Origin: Diplonema japonicum
Taxonomy: Eukaryota > Protista > Euglenozoa: Diplonemea
Direction of reading: 5' to 3'
Length of the DNA: 64,000 nucleotides
NCBI GenBank assembly: GCA_964019335.1
Contig: OZ025674.1
Span: forward strand, 558,001-622,000
A model generated the notes under the pieces. That model made no database searches, was not told the DNA's origin, and saw only the letters and a list, made by a program, of their open reading frames with translations. Within the stretch, counting starts at the first letter, position 1. Each line of letters opens with the position of its first letter. Positions 47,880-60,547 of this stretch are shown here, in pieces. The position numbers and the translations under genes are program-made.

Positions 47880-50240
47880 ATGCATGGAGGCGTTGACACT
47901 GCAAGTACCTTGGCAGAGCTATGCGACAAGAAGTTCTTAATAGCTGAGGCAGCTGCCCAAGAGCATGCTGCAGCGGCTGCATACAAAGATGTTGTGAACA
48001 CCATCCTGTGGGAAAGAGTTGAAGCAGAGCTGAGGAAATATTTGTCGACGATAAAAGAGCTGAAAGAGGAACGGTCCCTGTTAGCAAAGGAAGTGAGAGA
48101 GCATAGGAGGCTGCGGCCATTGGAAGTGGCAGCGAAGAGCAAGGTGCTGCAAAGCAGTGTCAATCTGCAAACCACTGCAAGCTGCCTTGTGGGCGAAGAG
48201 TGGGAGGAGCTGCAATGGGCAGAAAAAATAGGGGCCATTCTTGTTACTGAGAAGTATTTGGTGCTCAAGAGTGATTGTGAAAAAGTAGAGTTGGACAAAC
48301 GGGGGTGCGAACACGAAGCCTCGGCACTGAAGGCGGAACTACACACTGTGCGGCAGATCGCAGAAGCAAGGCTGAAGCAGCTTACAGCGGAGAAGGAGCG
48401 CTTCGAGGAGTTGCGTGAGGCACATGCAAGGCTGGAACAGCTGAAACAACGGCAGGAAGTCCATATTGACACACCCACGTGCCCAGGAGCACCTGCACCC
48501 CTCCCCCCCTCTCCGCATCTCAGGGTTAGTGGTGCTTACTTTGGTTTAAGCACACTGTGCGCGGCTGCCACAGAAGACGATGGCGACGCTTGTAAGTCGC
48601 CTGCCAAGGTGAGCATCAAGCAGATGTCAGGTGCGTTAACCGAGCAACAGAAGAATATAACGGATCAAATCAGTGCCGAGAGAGATGCCTTGCGGCAGCA
48701 GAAAGAAGATTTGGACACCCAATTAAACGATTTGCATACCCTCGCAGGCGGTGAGCGCGATGAGAAAATAGAAAAGCTGGTTACTAGCCTCCAGCGGATG
48801 AGGGAGCAGTTAGAGCACGCGACGCAAGAAAGGGATCAGAAGCAGGTATGTCGCACTCTATTCGCACTTCACGCAGGCAACGGTAGAAGGCATTAAACAA
48901 AAGGCAGAAGAGTTCTACACCATATTGAAGAACAAGAAGGTCGCACTTAAGCAGCGCATCACTGAGCTTGAAGAACAAAAGCGAGTGCTCGAGGCTTCAT
49001 GCAGCAGTGAACGGGAGATCCGAGAGGGGATGGAGAACGAGCTAGAGGTATAGTGCATTCATGCCCAACCACCGTCGCAGCTTCTACGAACGCAAGTGCA
49101 GAACAATGCAACACAAGATGAAATGGCCACACTCATAGAAGAAGAAGAGCATATGCGCATGCATGTTGTGTCTGAGGTATTGCACTTAAAACACTTTAAA
49201 CACACTCACTTTTGTACCAGGCTTTCGATGACAAAATCATTGTGACAACTCCACCACCGCCCGAACCTGAACCTGAACCTGAACCAGAGCCCGAACCCGT
49301 AAAGCAAGCAGAAGAAGAACCTGCTGAGGCAGTAACTTCACCCAGCACTGAAAAGGAAGTATACACAGTGAATGAAGAAGACTGGGAGCCAGGTTCTCCG
49401 TCGATAAATGAAGTGGAAGAAGACGAGCCACGAGAGGCTGTGATCTCGCTGCGTTACCATTTAAATGACACAGGCGTGGACTTCTCTACCATCATAAAGA
49501 TCATGGACAACAGAAGTATCGCGGACATACTGACAGTAGCAACTGAAAAGATCTATAACAAGATGGGGGTCGAGCTCGATCCTAAGACGCTGGCACTCCA
49601 CGTGACGGAGGCAGATGAAAAGGCCATGCTTGAGTGGTTGGACCCGAATGATATGCCCTTCTTATTTGGTGAACCTAGCATCATTAGCAACTTGTTCTCG
49701 CCACGAGGCAGCAAGCGGGAAGAGAATAAACGAGCCAAGGGAATGCCCGAGGAGTTTGTGTATAGCAACCGCCAGTTGCGTTCCCTTGCTTTTGTGCACA
49801 ATGGCTACACAAGCCTCAAAGCAGAGGAAGACTCGGAGATGCGAATGTGGTTTACTGTTTCAACTGCATTTTCGCCCTTAGTTCAAGTAGGCGGCTCCCC
49901 AGCATCCCTCCGAGGACTTCTGGCCGCGAAGAAGATGGGAAAGATCATGAAAGAGTCCAGGAGAGAGCATGGCGATCTGCCTGTGAGTCCCGTAGGAAGA
50001 GAAGCAGGGGCGAAGGCAAAGAGGGGTGCAAAGCTTGTCAATGAAGGACCGTCGCCAAGAGGAAGAAAAGGTAACCGTCCCTTGTCGCCTGGTTTTGCAC
50101 CGATCACGAAGAAGCGCCATGGTTCGCAGAATCTGTCGTCCCCTATGATGCGCGCATCACCTAGGAATTCGTTCAATGGTAGCTTCGGCACCGGCATGGC
50201 GTACCCCCACAACCGACGGGGGAGTAAGGACTATGCATAG
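47880..50240 (+). CDS. Coiled-coil protein with PE repeat and basic Ser-Pro-rich tail, 3 introns
   Basis: Introns 48846-48876, 49048-49080 and 49177-49220 join the ORFs in frame. Confidence 0.7.
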
Positions 50241-50305
50241 CTATAGACCCTGTAGTACTGTATTTCTGAATAACTCTGTGATACTCACTTAGCACAACCA
50301 GCGAC

Positions 50306-52806
50306 ATGGGTATACTACACACAAAAGATGAAGGAAGCCGTGTAATTGTCTCCGAGTCATGGGGCCAGATAAAGGAGCAGGTATGCTACCAGGCACGTAA
50401 GAATGTACCTCAGGATCGGGTAGGCGACCTATGCAGCATGTTCTATGCAGAACTGCTTGCGAAAGATGAAGCCATTCGACATATCTTCGCGCACTGCTCT
50501 AAGGCATCGAAAGAGAAAATGTTGCTGACTGTCATAAATTGGATTATCGACCCCCTGCTAATGGCTTCGAGCGACAACGTGCTGCACCAGAGTGCTGTCC
50601 ACCATGCCCACTTGGGTGTTGAGGGTCATCATGTGAATATGTTTTGCGACACTCTCGTAATATGTGTGCTGAGATTGCTAGGGAAGGATGATAAGGTAGG
50701 ACACGCATGGCATAAAGCTCTGAAGGTTCTAAGCTCATCTTTCAATGAGACATGTGAGGCATGTGGCGATGCTCTGAAGCAGTGCAAAGATGCTTCCCTT
50801 TCTGAAACAGGGAAGAAAGCAAAGTCTATTAAAGCACTACGATCACACCTATCGCTGCACCAAAGCCCTTTCTCCGGATACCTCCTAATGTCGCAGTACT
50901 CATGTGTGAAGTGGGACCCACCGCAGGTTGAAGCAGACCACAGTCTTGACTGCTTTAGGAAACGCTTCATCGCAGTGCATGCACAGTACGTTTACTATTA
51001 TCGGAGCAAAGACGACGACAAGCCCATTGGTCTGATTGACCTTGCAGCTTGTCAGCTCGTTGACACTGAGCCCAACTGCCGAATATTGCCAAGCCCCGCG
51101 AGGTTTTCGTTCGCTCTGCGAACCCAGGCCCATGAGTACCCTTATTACTTTATCGCCGATGGCGACAACACAAAAGAAGCGTGGTTCAGCAAGGTATCAG
51201 AATTAACAATGTCTTACAACCTTTTGCAGCTGCGCCAGGCATGCAACAGGTTCTCATTAATCCGATCCGATGTGCATTGCGGGAACAGGGTGAAGGTTTG
51301 GGTGAAGCAGCGCGGCTCATTTGAGGTATGCATTGCACGGACTGTGACGCACCACTCCTCAGAGCGGTACATGCAGATGGGTGGGGCAGCTCATCAAGGA
51401 AGACAGGTCGGGTCAGGTCACACACCATAGGGTATGTACATTTTAATTCAGTCAACATGCGTACAGGACGGGTTGTGGGTCGGGATCGAACTGCTGGCGC
51501 CCTATGGTGACAACGACGGTGCTGTCGACAACTACAGGTACTTCAGGTGTCCCCCGAAGCACGGGGTAGTGGTGCCTGCCAACGAGGTAGTCACGGTCGG
51601 CAATCTTGAGATCCAAGTGGAAGGTGAAAACCTCGCTTCAAGCTCGTATCGTCCATCGGACTTTGATTTCTTACATGTGCTGGGGAAAGGCAGCTTCGGG
51701 AGAGTTTGCAAGGTATGTCCGCGAAGTGCAACATATGACCTGACCAGGTGCGCGAACGTTCGATGGGCAACATCTACGCTTGCAAAGTGCTGCAGAAGGC
51801 CGCATTGATTAAAGAGAGCCACATCAAGAACGTTACACGGGAAAAGTCAATCCTCCTAAACATCCGACATCCATACATCGTGAAACTGCACGCAGCTTTC
51901 CAGACTCACGGGCGGTTGATCCTGCTGTTCGACTTCTTGTCTGGAGGCGAGCTATTTTTCCACATGACGCTCAACCCCAAAGGATGCTTTTCGGAATCCC
52001 GTTCACAGTTCTACATTGCAGAGGTGGCACTGGCCATACATCACTTGCATTCACACAACATTCTCCATAGAGATCTTAAAGCAGAGAACCTTGTCCTCGA
52101 TCACCAGGGGCACGTAGTCCTTACTGACTTTGGTTTTGCTAAAACAATAGAGCCTAACGTGGCAAATACAACAAAGTGCGGCACGCTGCCGTACATGGCA
52201 CCGGAGATGCTGAAGCAAGGCCCCGGCGGGTATTCGTATGAAGTTGACTGGTGGGCACTTGGTGTGCTTTTGTTTCTCATGCTCACAGGGTGCTATCCTT
52301 TCTGGAGTAAGGTGCCTGAAGAGACAGTGAAGCAGATTTTGACACGAGATGCGTCTGAACATTTCTCCAGCACAGGCAAGCAGCTGACGCTGGAAACGTT
52401 GGGTGTTGTATGTGGGCTGTTGGAGAGAAACCCGGGCAAGAGGCTTACAGCCAACGGCTTTTTCAACTCTTCATGGTTCAGGGAGTTTGATTGGGTAGCG
52501 TGCCGCAACAGAAGGCTGAGCCCACCTTTTGTCCCCGACTCCTCTGGGAGGAACACCAAATACTTCGACCCGACAGATACACATGCCATGAACCAGGACC
52601 TTGCATCAAAGGTCCTGCCAAACAAATGGCACGGCGAAGAGGCGTTGGCCTCCTTCTACGACGTGCATAAGGATTACAAGGAAAATAGAGAAGAGCAAGC
52701 AATCAACGAGAGGGATGAGGACGAGCTGTTCCTTGCAGAGCTCAACAGCTGGGGAACTAAAACGACAGCTGATGAGAAGTACGAGAGATACATACTTGAT
52801 ACGTAG
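50306..52806 (+). CDS. Globin - PH - CAP-Gly - AGC (Akt/SGK/S6K-like) protein kinase, ~774 aa, 5 introns
   Basis: Globin: SW..FY.EL..IRHIF..HHAHLGV..AW. PH: GYLL..RKRF..YYY..PIGLIDL..KEAW. CAP-Gly: GTCRWVG..GLWVGIEL..GDNDG..RYFRC..HG. Kinase: GKGSFG, ACK, HRDLKAEN, DFG, CGTLPYMAPE, PPFVP..YFD. Introns 50381-50413, 51194-51229, 51326-51362, 51432-51466, 51713-51747. Confidence 0.88.
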
Positions 52807-53585
52807 ATACATACATGGGTGATTTATTCGCTTTATTACTACCGGCTTTACCATTTGTTGATGCTTTTATATTTTACTTTTAATATTTTCAAGGGGACTC
52901 TTTTATTATCCCAGAATCAGCACCGACATTGCCAACCAATGACCCTTTACTGCCTCTGTAGTGTCTGTGTCTTTTCTCTTGTACATTTATTCACCCCGTT
53001 TTTAACTTTCTAATCCCACTGAGTTGGTCTTTTCAAAACCGCCTGTTATCCTGCTGAGTATGGTCGGAGCTAGAGGCGAAACAAGTACGAAACTGGCACT
53101 CTGCCCGAGCCTTCTTTCTTGAGTTTTTTCAGTATTCCCGCTTCGAAGGGTATTTCACTGTTAAAGGTGTCGAATGCAAGTAGTTGCTGGAAGATGGGGA
53201 CCACGCCCATCCTGAGCGAAGAAATTGCAAAAAAGAGTCGAGGCTGCTTGTTCGGCTTTAACACCAGCAAATCACCGAAGCTCTTTTGTTATTGCATAGG
53301 GCGTATCTGTACTTTAATCTCAAATGAAGCAAAACGAAATGTTTTTTTGCTTTTTGCTTTTATTTGCTTTTTAGTTATCACTTTGCTTTTGCTTGGTTTT
53401 GTTTTCTTTTTACTGTTTCCTTCATGAAGCAGGTTGCCTGGTCCCTACCCTGCCTCACGATGCGACGGTCCTGTTACGTTATGTATTTTACCGCTCTTGC
53501 TAGCCATCTGCCCTCTTACGAGCCCTCCGGTGCATTCTATTCATTTACGGGCTTTCTTACTACGTGCAACGTTGTAGCAGGAGAA

Positions 53586-54584
53586 ATGGAGAACACCGCG
53601 CGCATGGAGACCCCTGTCAGACACAATGCAGGGTTGCGAAGTTTGCTGGCAATCAGCGATGATTATCCAGGTACTGTTTAGTTTTTGCTTCTACTGTGCC
53701 ACAGCACTGAACGAGCTTGCCCGCACACTTCCTCCCATACCCTTTAAAGGGATCTCACTCCTCATGAAACTGAAGCAGAAAGGTATGTCCAAGTTGTCAT
53801 TAATCACAACAGGGCAACGGGGGCTGGAGATCCTAAATGTCAGCACGTACCCTGGTTTGGATGTAGTGTTTCAATTGCTGGAAAGCAAGGAATCGAAAAA
53901 AGAGCAGGAGTTAGCGGGGCTTGTGGCACTGCAAGAGGTGTCTGGGTTCATCCCCGCAAACCCTCTTGACGTGAGGCCGCTGACGATTGGGAAAAAGTAT
54001 GTGTTCACTTCACTAACATCAACGACAGGTTGCCAACACCACCAGTGCGGCCGACATCTAGGGGAGGGTCTCTCAGGAGGGCTGCCAACAATAGTCGTGA
54101 ACTGCCACCCATAACACGCCCCAGAAGGGGGTCGGAGCTGTATTCACCTCTTGACCTTTTAGCGAGCAAGAGGCGGCATATTAACATCAATACACCTAAC
54201 GGTAGGAAGCAGTTTGCCAACAGCCTCCGAAAGCACACACCAAACACAATGACATTTGACAGCGACCCTGAAATATCCCTTGTTCAGACACTCGCACAGC
54301 CAGCAGCACCATTGCTGCCTCAGGTACCGCAATACAATTCAACGGGCAGGAAGACAGTCCTACAAACAATCTCTGTGAAGGAGAGCACACTGCGTAATGA
54401 GCTGCAGACCATTCTTATCAGAAAGTCTGAACGACAAAGAGAGCGCAAACAACGACACGTGCAGAAGAAAACCATGAAAACACTCCACCTTCCATCGCTG
54501 TCGCACAAGGAGGGACACGAAGATGGTAGAGGGAAGCTTCTGCATGACATTTGCAATAGATACAAGGCCAGAATAACTGCCTGA
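53586..54584 (+). CDS. Hypothetical protein, 3 introns
   Basis: Introns 53671-53704, 53783-53812 and 53997-54028 give one frame from MENTARMET to RITA*. Confidence 0.6.
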
Positions 54585-54639
54585 AAAGGAGCCTTCGCTT
54601 ATTTCAACATACTCATCATTATCTCCTATTTCAGGACCT

Positions 54640-56508
54640 ATGGAGCGGAGAATATCCCCAAAGAGACACATAGGGAGGGTCCCGCTGGAGCCGCTGTCGC
54701 CTTATGAGCATCTAAGCAGGGAAGGCTGGAGGGAGAGGGATATGGACAGGGACGCCAGGGAAAAAGACGAAGATGCCACCTACGTATTCATGCACGGTAA
54801 GGGGAACAAGGAGACCGTTCGGCAGTACGACGCTAAGCGGGGAGTCATGAGAACAAATTCGTTTACACCACCAAGAGACAGAGGCGCCAGGGATAGGGAT
54901 GAGGGGTACACCCGCTACAGAGACCGTGAAAGCCGACACCACACACCGCAAAAAGACTACAATCACTACGACGAGTTTAAGTACGAAGATGCATGGCATG
55001 GTGATGCTAGTGGTCACTCATGGGACCACAGACCGTACGATGATGATAAGCGGTACCATGGCGGGGATACAAGGGACTACTCATATGATAGGAGGAGGTC
55101 ACGAAGCAGAAGCAGAAGCAGAAGCAGAAGTAGGAGTGGGAGCAGGGGCAGGGACAGGGACAGGGACAGATACGACATCCATGGGTTCGACGACAAGGAG
55201 GTCATGGCAAATGAACTCAAAATGTATAAGCACAAGGACGCTGTTGCGACCTCTCGCATTATCGACCTGCAGCGGAAGCTTGATGCAAAGGTATTGCGTA
55301 CTCTAAGGAATATAAACCACAGTCGGCTGCGCTGGAGAGGGCGGAAGAAGAACTGAGAAGGCGTCCTAGAAGCAACGTACCACATACGTCACAGAGCTCT
55401 TCATTCACACGCCCACCCAGCCCGCAACGCGGCAGGTCGAAAACGGTGCCGAAACACTTATTTGTAAAGGCGCCCAAACAGCATCTTGCCGAAGGTGTCT
55501 TCACACTGCGACACGGCGAGCTCCTCAACAACTGGCCGGTATGTTAGGTCATCAATTCCGAACAATGCACTTTCACTGCCTCAGGTGTGGGGCTGCGGGA
55601 ATAAGCGACTGTACTCGGGATCTAAGGAGTACTGGCTGGTAACCGACGATGCGACAGATATGCCGAAGAGTAGGGGATACGTGCAGTCGAGCAAGCCACA
55701 TTGTGGTTTGATGCCTGACAAGACGACCGAATGGAAGGTGTTCGAAGAGACAGGTTGGGAGGTGGACAGAACCATCATGGTTTCTGTCACAGATGTCAGT
55801 TCACGACACCCGGAGAGCGGCAAGTTGACCAAAATGCAGCATCCTGCACCACACGACTCGCGGATAAGGAGCAGTAGTACTGGTAGAAAAGACTTTTCCC
55901 AAGCAAAAGCACAGCTACTAAGAGGTGTTGTTCTGCGTAAGGTATGGGTTTTGTCTTCGTCACCGTTTTGGTCACAGTTTTCGGCGAAAAGCGACGCCAG
56001 CGAACATTTTTTCAGCCTTGTAGAATCACATGGAGCGTACTTCTTGTCGTACCATGACTGCCGACAGGTATTGCTGCATACACCAAGATACATATCAACA
56101 GACCAACGGTGGCTATGACAAGAGAGTACCACTACCAGATGTCGTTTCCCTCTCTTTGGGTCCTTTTGAGTCCAGGAACTTCATCAAAGGCCCAACTGAG
56201 GTATGTATTTTTTGTTTAATAATAAATTACAGACATCTGACCCTGGCCTGTGCGTGACAGTTGCACTGGAGCAAGGACAGTTGGACCTTGAAGCTTTGAA
56301 CCAGCAGTCACTAGTCAGCTTTGTTCTGGCAATCTCTGTCATGTGCGAGCATAATATTCGCGCTTCGGGAAAAGCGCCGCTCACGTCGGTTGAAAACATC
56401 ACCGCTTCTCAGAAGGCAGTGCGTGAGCTGTGGGCACAGCAGATTGCCCACCCTGCACCCCAGCCTAGCGGCACATGGAAGACGCAGCCGAATGGCGTAC
56501 ACGGGTAA
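54640..56508 (+). CDS. Hypothetical protein with RS/RD repeats and a Trp-rich beta domain, 5 introns
   Basis: Introns 55291-55322, 55539-55584, 55942-55977, 56068-56101 and 56201-56232. Contains an RSRSRSRS/DRDRDR tract. Confidence 0.6.
55096..55172 (+). repeat. Coding hexamer repeats (AGCAGA)n and (GACAGG)n encoding RS/DR dipeptides
   Basis: Directly visible. Confidence 0.85.
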
Positions 56509-56601
56509 TTAGACTAGACTCCTAGATGTATTTATTGTTAATGTTAAGTGCAGTACACTCTGCATGCTTTGCGTTGAAACACGCCACAGGCCCATCAGCA
56601 T

Positions 56602-58088
56602 ATGAGAATAGGCAGTGATGTGGGCTACTCAAGTGCCGTGCGGTATAAGATAGAACAGAGGCTTGGGGAGGGTGCTTTCGGTGTGGTGTATAGGGCGCGA
56701 TCCAACCAAAGTGGTGCCATGGTCGCTGTGAAGTCCATCACCGAGGACGATGATAAGGTCAACGTGTTACGTGAGTTAGCTTTGATGCTCCATTTTAAGG
56801 ATTGTCCGCACATACCCCAGATTTTTGGCGCCTTGCCAAACCCATCAGGTAGTGAGAATAGTGTAGTGCTGATGATGGAGCTCCTCGACATTGACTTGCA
56901 GCAATGGTTGGAGAGCCGGGCTCAGCAGATTGAAATGTCCCATGTAAGATTGCTGTTATATCAGATGCTTGGCGCACTGCACTGGTTGCATGGGTGTGGC
57001 GTCATCCACCGCGACATCAAGCTGCCCAATATGCTTCTTTACAAGGAATGGTTCTTGAAGGTCTGCGACCTTGGAGAGGCCGACATCAACGGGGAGGAAA
57101 AGAAATATGCCCGTGTCGGCACTTACGCACCTCGTGCGCCTGAATTACTCGTTAATATTTGTCCGTACAGCACAGCCACAGATGTCTGGAGTGTAGGTAT
57201 CGTGTTCCAGCACCTGCTGGCCGCGTTATATAACAAAGAAGTAGTGATCGACGAGGACAGCTGGTCCACTTCGCACGACAGTGTTATGGAAGATGTTGTG
57301 AAAGTGACGGGGATACCCTCTGACAAAATGTACGAAGAAGGCATTTTGCTCGCAGACGCTGAGTGCCCTCAGTTCCTGGACGAAGGTGACTGGGCTGGTA
57401 TGCAGAGTACATTAATCATCGCAACTTAGATATTCAAACCTTTGCGGAATTAATGCGCTCTATGAAGTACAAGAACACGAGCCCCCTGGATTGGTCAAAG
57501 GAATGGGAAGTACAAGTTCTGCCCCAAGCACAAGACCTACTAGGCAGAATGCTTTGTTTCGACCCTGCCAACCGTATCACCGTCAGTGACGCGTTGCAAC
57601 ATGAGTTTTTCACCAAAGCAGAGACCAAGGACCGCGCCCGTCGCACATTCATTGACGAGGTATCATCGATGGGTGTGGCAGTGAATCTGAACAGAGTGGA
57701 TTCACCTTTCATATTCGACAACTCAGATGCTGAGACGCGGTTGCAACAACTTGTCACGCACCTTCGAAAGGAGTCGGAGCACGAAGCTGCGGAAGGGAAC
57801 AGCAAAGTGGATGAGTATTACATGCACAGGAAGAGGATAATAGGCAACATGATGATCTCGCCTCTTGTTGTTCCTGAGGAGGTAAACCGTGCAAGGAGCA
57901 CACTCTTCCAGCGTTCCAGAGATAAGTTGCTGATGAAACGTGATCAAAAGACCGTCCTCCCCAGGAGCATGACAATCGGAGGTTTGTGCAACTTCGACAA
58001 CTTAGACGCAAGCGAAGAATACATGACTCGCAGCAACAGTATGCATGGCATCGCGGTGTTTCCAAGCCCCGATGTTAAGAGGCACTGA
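56602..58088 (+). CDS. Divergent CMGC/MAPK-like protein kinase, 1 intron
   Basis: GEGAFG, VAVK, LRELALM.HF, LYQML.AL..LH..GVIHRDIK, CDLG, RAPELL, DVWSVG, DLLGRML.FDP..RITV.DAL.H. Intron 57398-57429. Confidence 0.85.
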
Positions 58089-58270
58089 CCTGTCGTTGTA
58101 GCGACCACAGACCACCTGTGGACAGCGAGCACTTAGATGGTGTACGTACTGCATGTCACCTAGTTTCATTTCGCACCTCTCGCTTGTTGTAGGGCGGGCA
58201 GGTGGTTTTGTTTATGTTTTTACAAGTGTTAATTTAACATCACATACCCGAGTATAGTCACACAGACAAC

Positions 58271-58810
58271 ATGGTGAGGGTGTACGTGCTGAGGCACGAG
58301 AGGAGGGGGCATGACCAATCTCACAAGTCAAGGCTCACTGCAGAAGGCAGTAGCAATGCAGAGAAACTGGTAAAGAGCCTCCGTGAACTTGGGGTGAACA
58401 AGGTGTACTGTTCGCCCTTTTTGAGAGCCATTGAAACTGTGGCACCGTATTGTAGAACACACGAAATCTCCTTACGTATCGAGTGGGGTCTTTGTGAGCT
58501 GCTTGCATCGAAACAGCATGCAGAATTTAGCGATCCGGCACCTGAACCTGAAGAACTCTTTGGCTGCTCTAGAGCCTCTTATACATCAGTAGTGCCCCCT
58601 GACACTTGTCGCTATCGAGAGGGCAAGACGCTCCTTAAAAGCCGTGTCAGTACCTTTTTGTACAATCTGCGCCAAATCGTAGAGCCGTCTGATGTTGTGC
58701 TACTGTGCACCCATATGCATGTCTGCAATGTTATTATGCAGGAAGAACAAGAAGACCACCCCCTAAATTTTGTATACCCACAAGGGGCCGTTACGCCTGT
58801 ACAGATTTGA
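58271..58810 (+). CDS. Histidine phosphatase (phosphoglycerate mutase-like) family protein
   Basis: VYVLRHE, LT..G, YCSPFLRAIETV, GLCE, VLLCTH. Confidence 0.85.
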   Translation: MVRVYVLRHERRGHDQSHKSRLTAEGSSNAEKLVKSLRELGVNKVYCSPFLRAIETVAPYCRTHEISLRIEWGLCELLASKQHAEFSDPAPEPEELFGCSRASYTSVVPPDTCRYREGKTLLKSRVSTFLYNLRQIVEPSDVVLLCTHMHVCNVIMQEEQEDHPLNFVYPQGAVTPVQI

Positions 58811-58889
58811 TTATTTACAATGTACGCAGGCAGGGGGAATGCTTTTGGAAACGTCATCGACACGACCAACCACAACCAACACCACAGGA

Positions 58890-60498
58890 ATGGTGAGGGC
58901 ATATGGAGCACATCGCCTGCTGTGGCTGCTGCTTGTGTATGTCGAGCTTGCATCGGTGCGAAGTGAGACAGAAGTGAGCCTGCACACTGGTGAGGGCGAC
59001 GTGGAGCTTGAGGAAGGCATCGACTACTGGGTATTCCCAACGTCGGGGAGCGGTGTGGTGCACGAGGCTGGTGTTGTTCATATTCCGATGTTCGGGTGTT
59101 TTAAGGCGTCGGGACTGAAATTTAAGCACCCACGGGTAGCAGTCATACGACGTGGGCAGTGCTCGTTCCAAGAGAAAGTGGACATCGCTGCACAGATGAA
59201 CGTCTCGGCAGTCATGGTGTACAACCAGGGCACCAATGAGGAAGGCCTGCTGCATGCGCCGTACATCACCCACAACCACGGGCTGCCTATCATCTTCCTC
59301 ACACTTGAAGCAGGCATGATGTTGTCCTCATACACAGGACCCATTAGCATTACAACAACACCATCTTTTTCTTGCATAAGAGACAGACGTCATGTATGAT
59401 TAACAATTAACATCTTTTACGTTCTTACAGCGCTTCGCAGATGTAGCCAGCAATTTTGCCGAAGTCGATGCGAGTGAGATGAAAAACATGAACACGTCTG
59501 TAGAGGTTCTTAAAGCTCTGAAGGAGGCAGATGGTATCAATGGGTTTCACTTAGTAGTGCGCACGGGGAACGTGCCTCTCGTAACACACTTCATAGCGAA
59601 GGGTGCTGCAGTGAACGCCAAGAATCCCACAAGCAATGAAACGGCACTGCATTGTGCAGCAAGCTATGGCAGGATAGGAGTTGCCCTGCTGCTGCTTGAA
59701 GCAGGCGCTGACATCGAGGCCGTCGACCTAAAAGGAAGGACGCCTCTTGGTGCAGCGGTGTTGGCTGATTATCCCTTGGTAGTGAAAATGTTGCTTGAAT
59801 ACGGCGCAGATGTGCACCACGTGGATGCCGTGGGGCAGTCACTGCTATGGTACGCATGCATCAAGCACGCCTCGATGTGCGACTTGCTACTGCAGTGGGG
59901 CGCGGATCCAAACTACCAAGCTACTTCAAACCCCCATTCACCTCTGCACCACGCATCTTTGAAAGGGAGAAGAGACGTCATCAAGGTGCTGTTGAAATGG
60001 GGAGCTGACCCAACCATCAGGTCCCGCAATGCGAAGCACCTGCCAGCTGACTTGGCGATGTCACCCCCGGTGCGCCAGCTGCTGGACCCTCAGTCAACCA
60101 TCTCTCAGTCATTTTCATTTTTTGAGTTGGAGGATTTTGATACGGATCTTCACTTTCTGGATTTTATGACAGCTCTTTGCATCATCTCTTTCGTTTATCT
60201 CGGGCACCACAATGGGCCCTTCAAACACCTCCTCTTACGCGGTTTAGCACAGCTTCTTGTTGTCATGTGGGTATGTTCGTACAAGCACCTCCACTTCTAT
60301 TGCAGACGCTGTTCGATGATGGTGCGCCTCAGCCAATGGCCAGCTTCTTTATATTTGCTGTTTACAATGTATGCAAGATATGATACAATATGACAAGCAC
60401 AGGCGTTCGATTCGGAGACAACAGGCATGATGGGGGTGAAGCTGTCTGCATCCTTGTTCTGGATGTCTAAATGGTGGGAGATTTTTGGAGAGTTTTAG
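58890..60498 (+). CDS. Signal/TM + PA (protease-associated) domain + ankyrin repeats + C-terminal TM helices, 3 introns
   Basis: PA: VAVIRRGQCSFQEKV..A..SAVMVYN..LPIIFL. Ankyrins: ETALHCAA, GRTPL, SPLHHA. Introns 59394-59430, 60271-60305, 60369-60402. Confidence 0.75.
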
Positions 60499-60547
60499 TT
60501 AAGCGGATTTTTTCGATACAAAAGCCTTCATCTAGGCATGCAATAAA

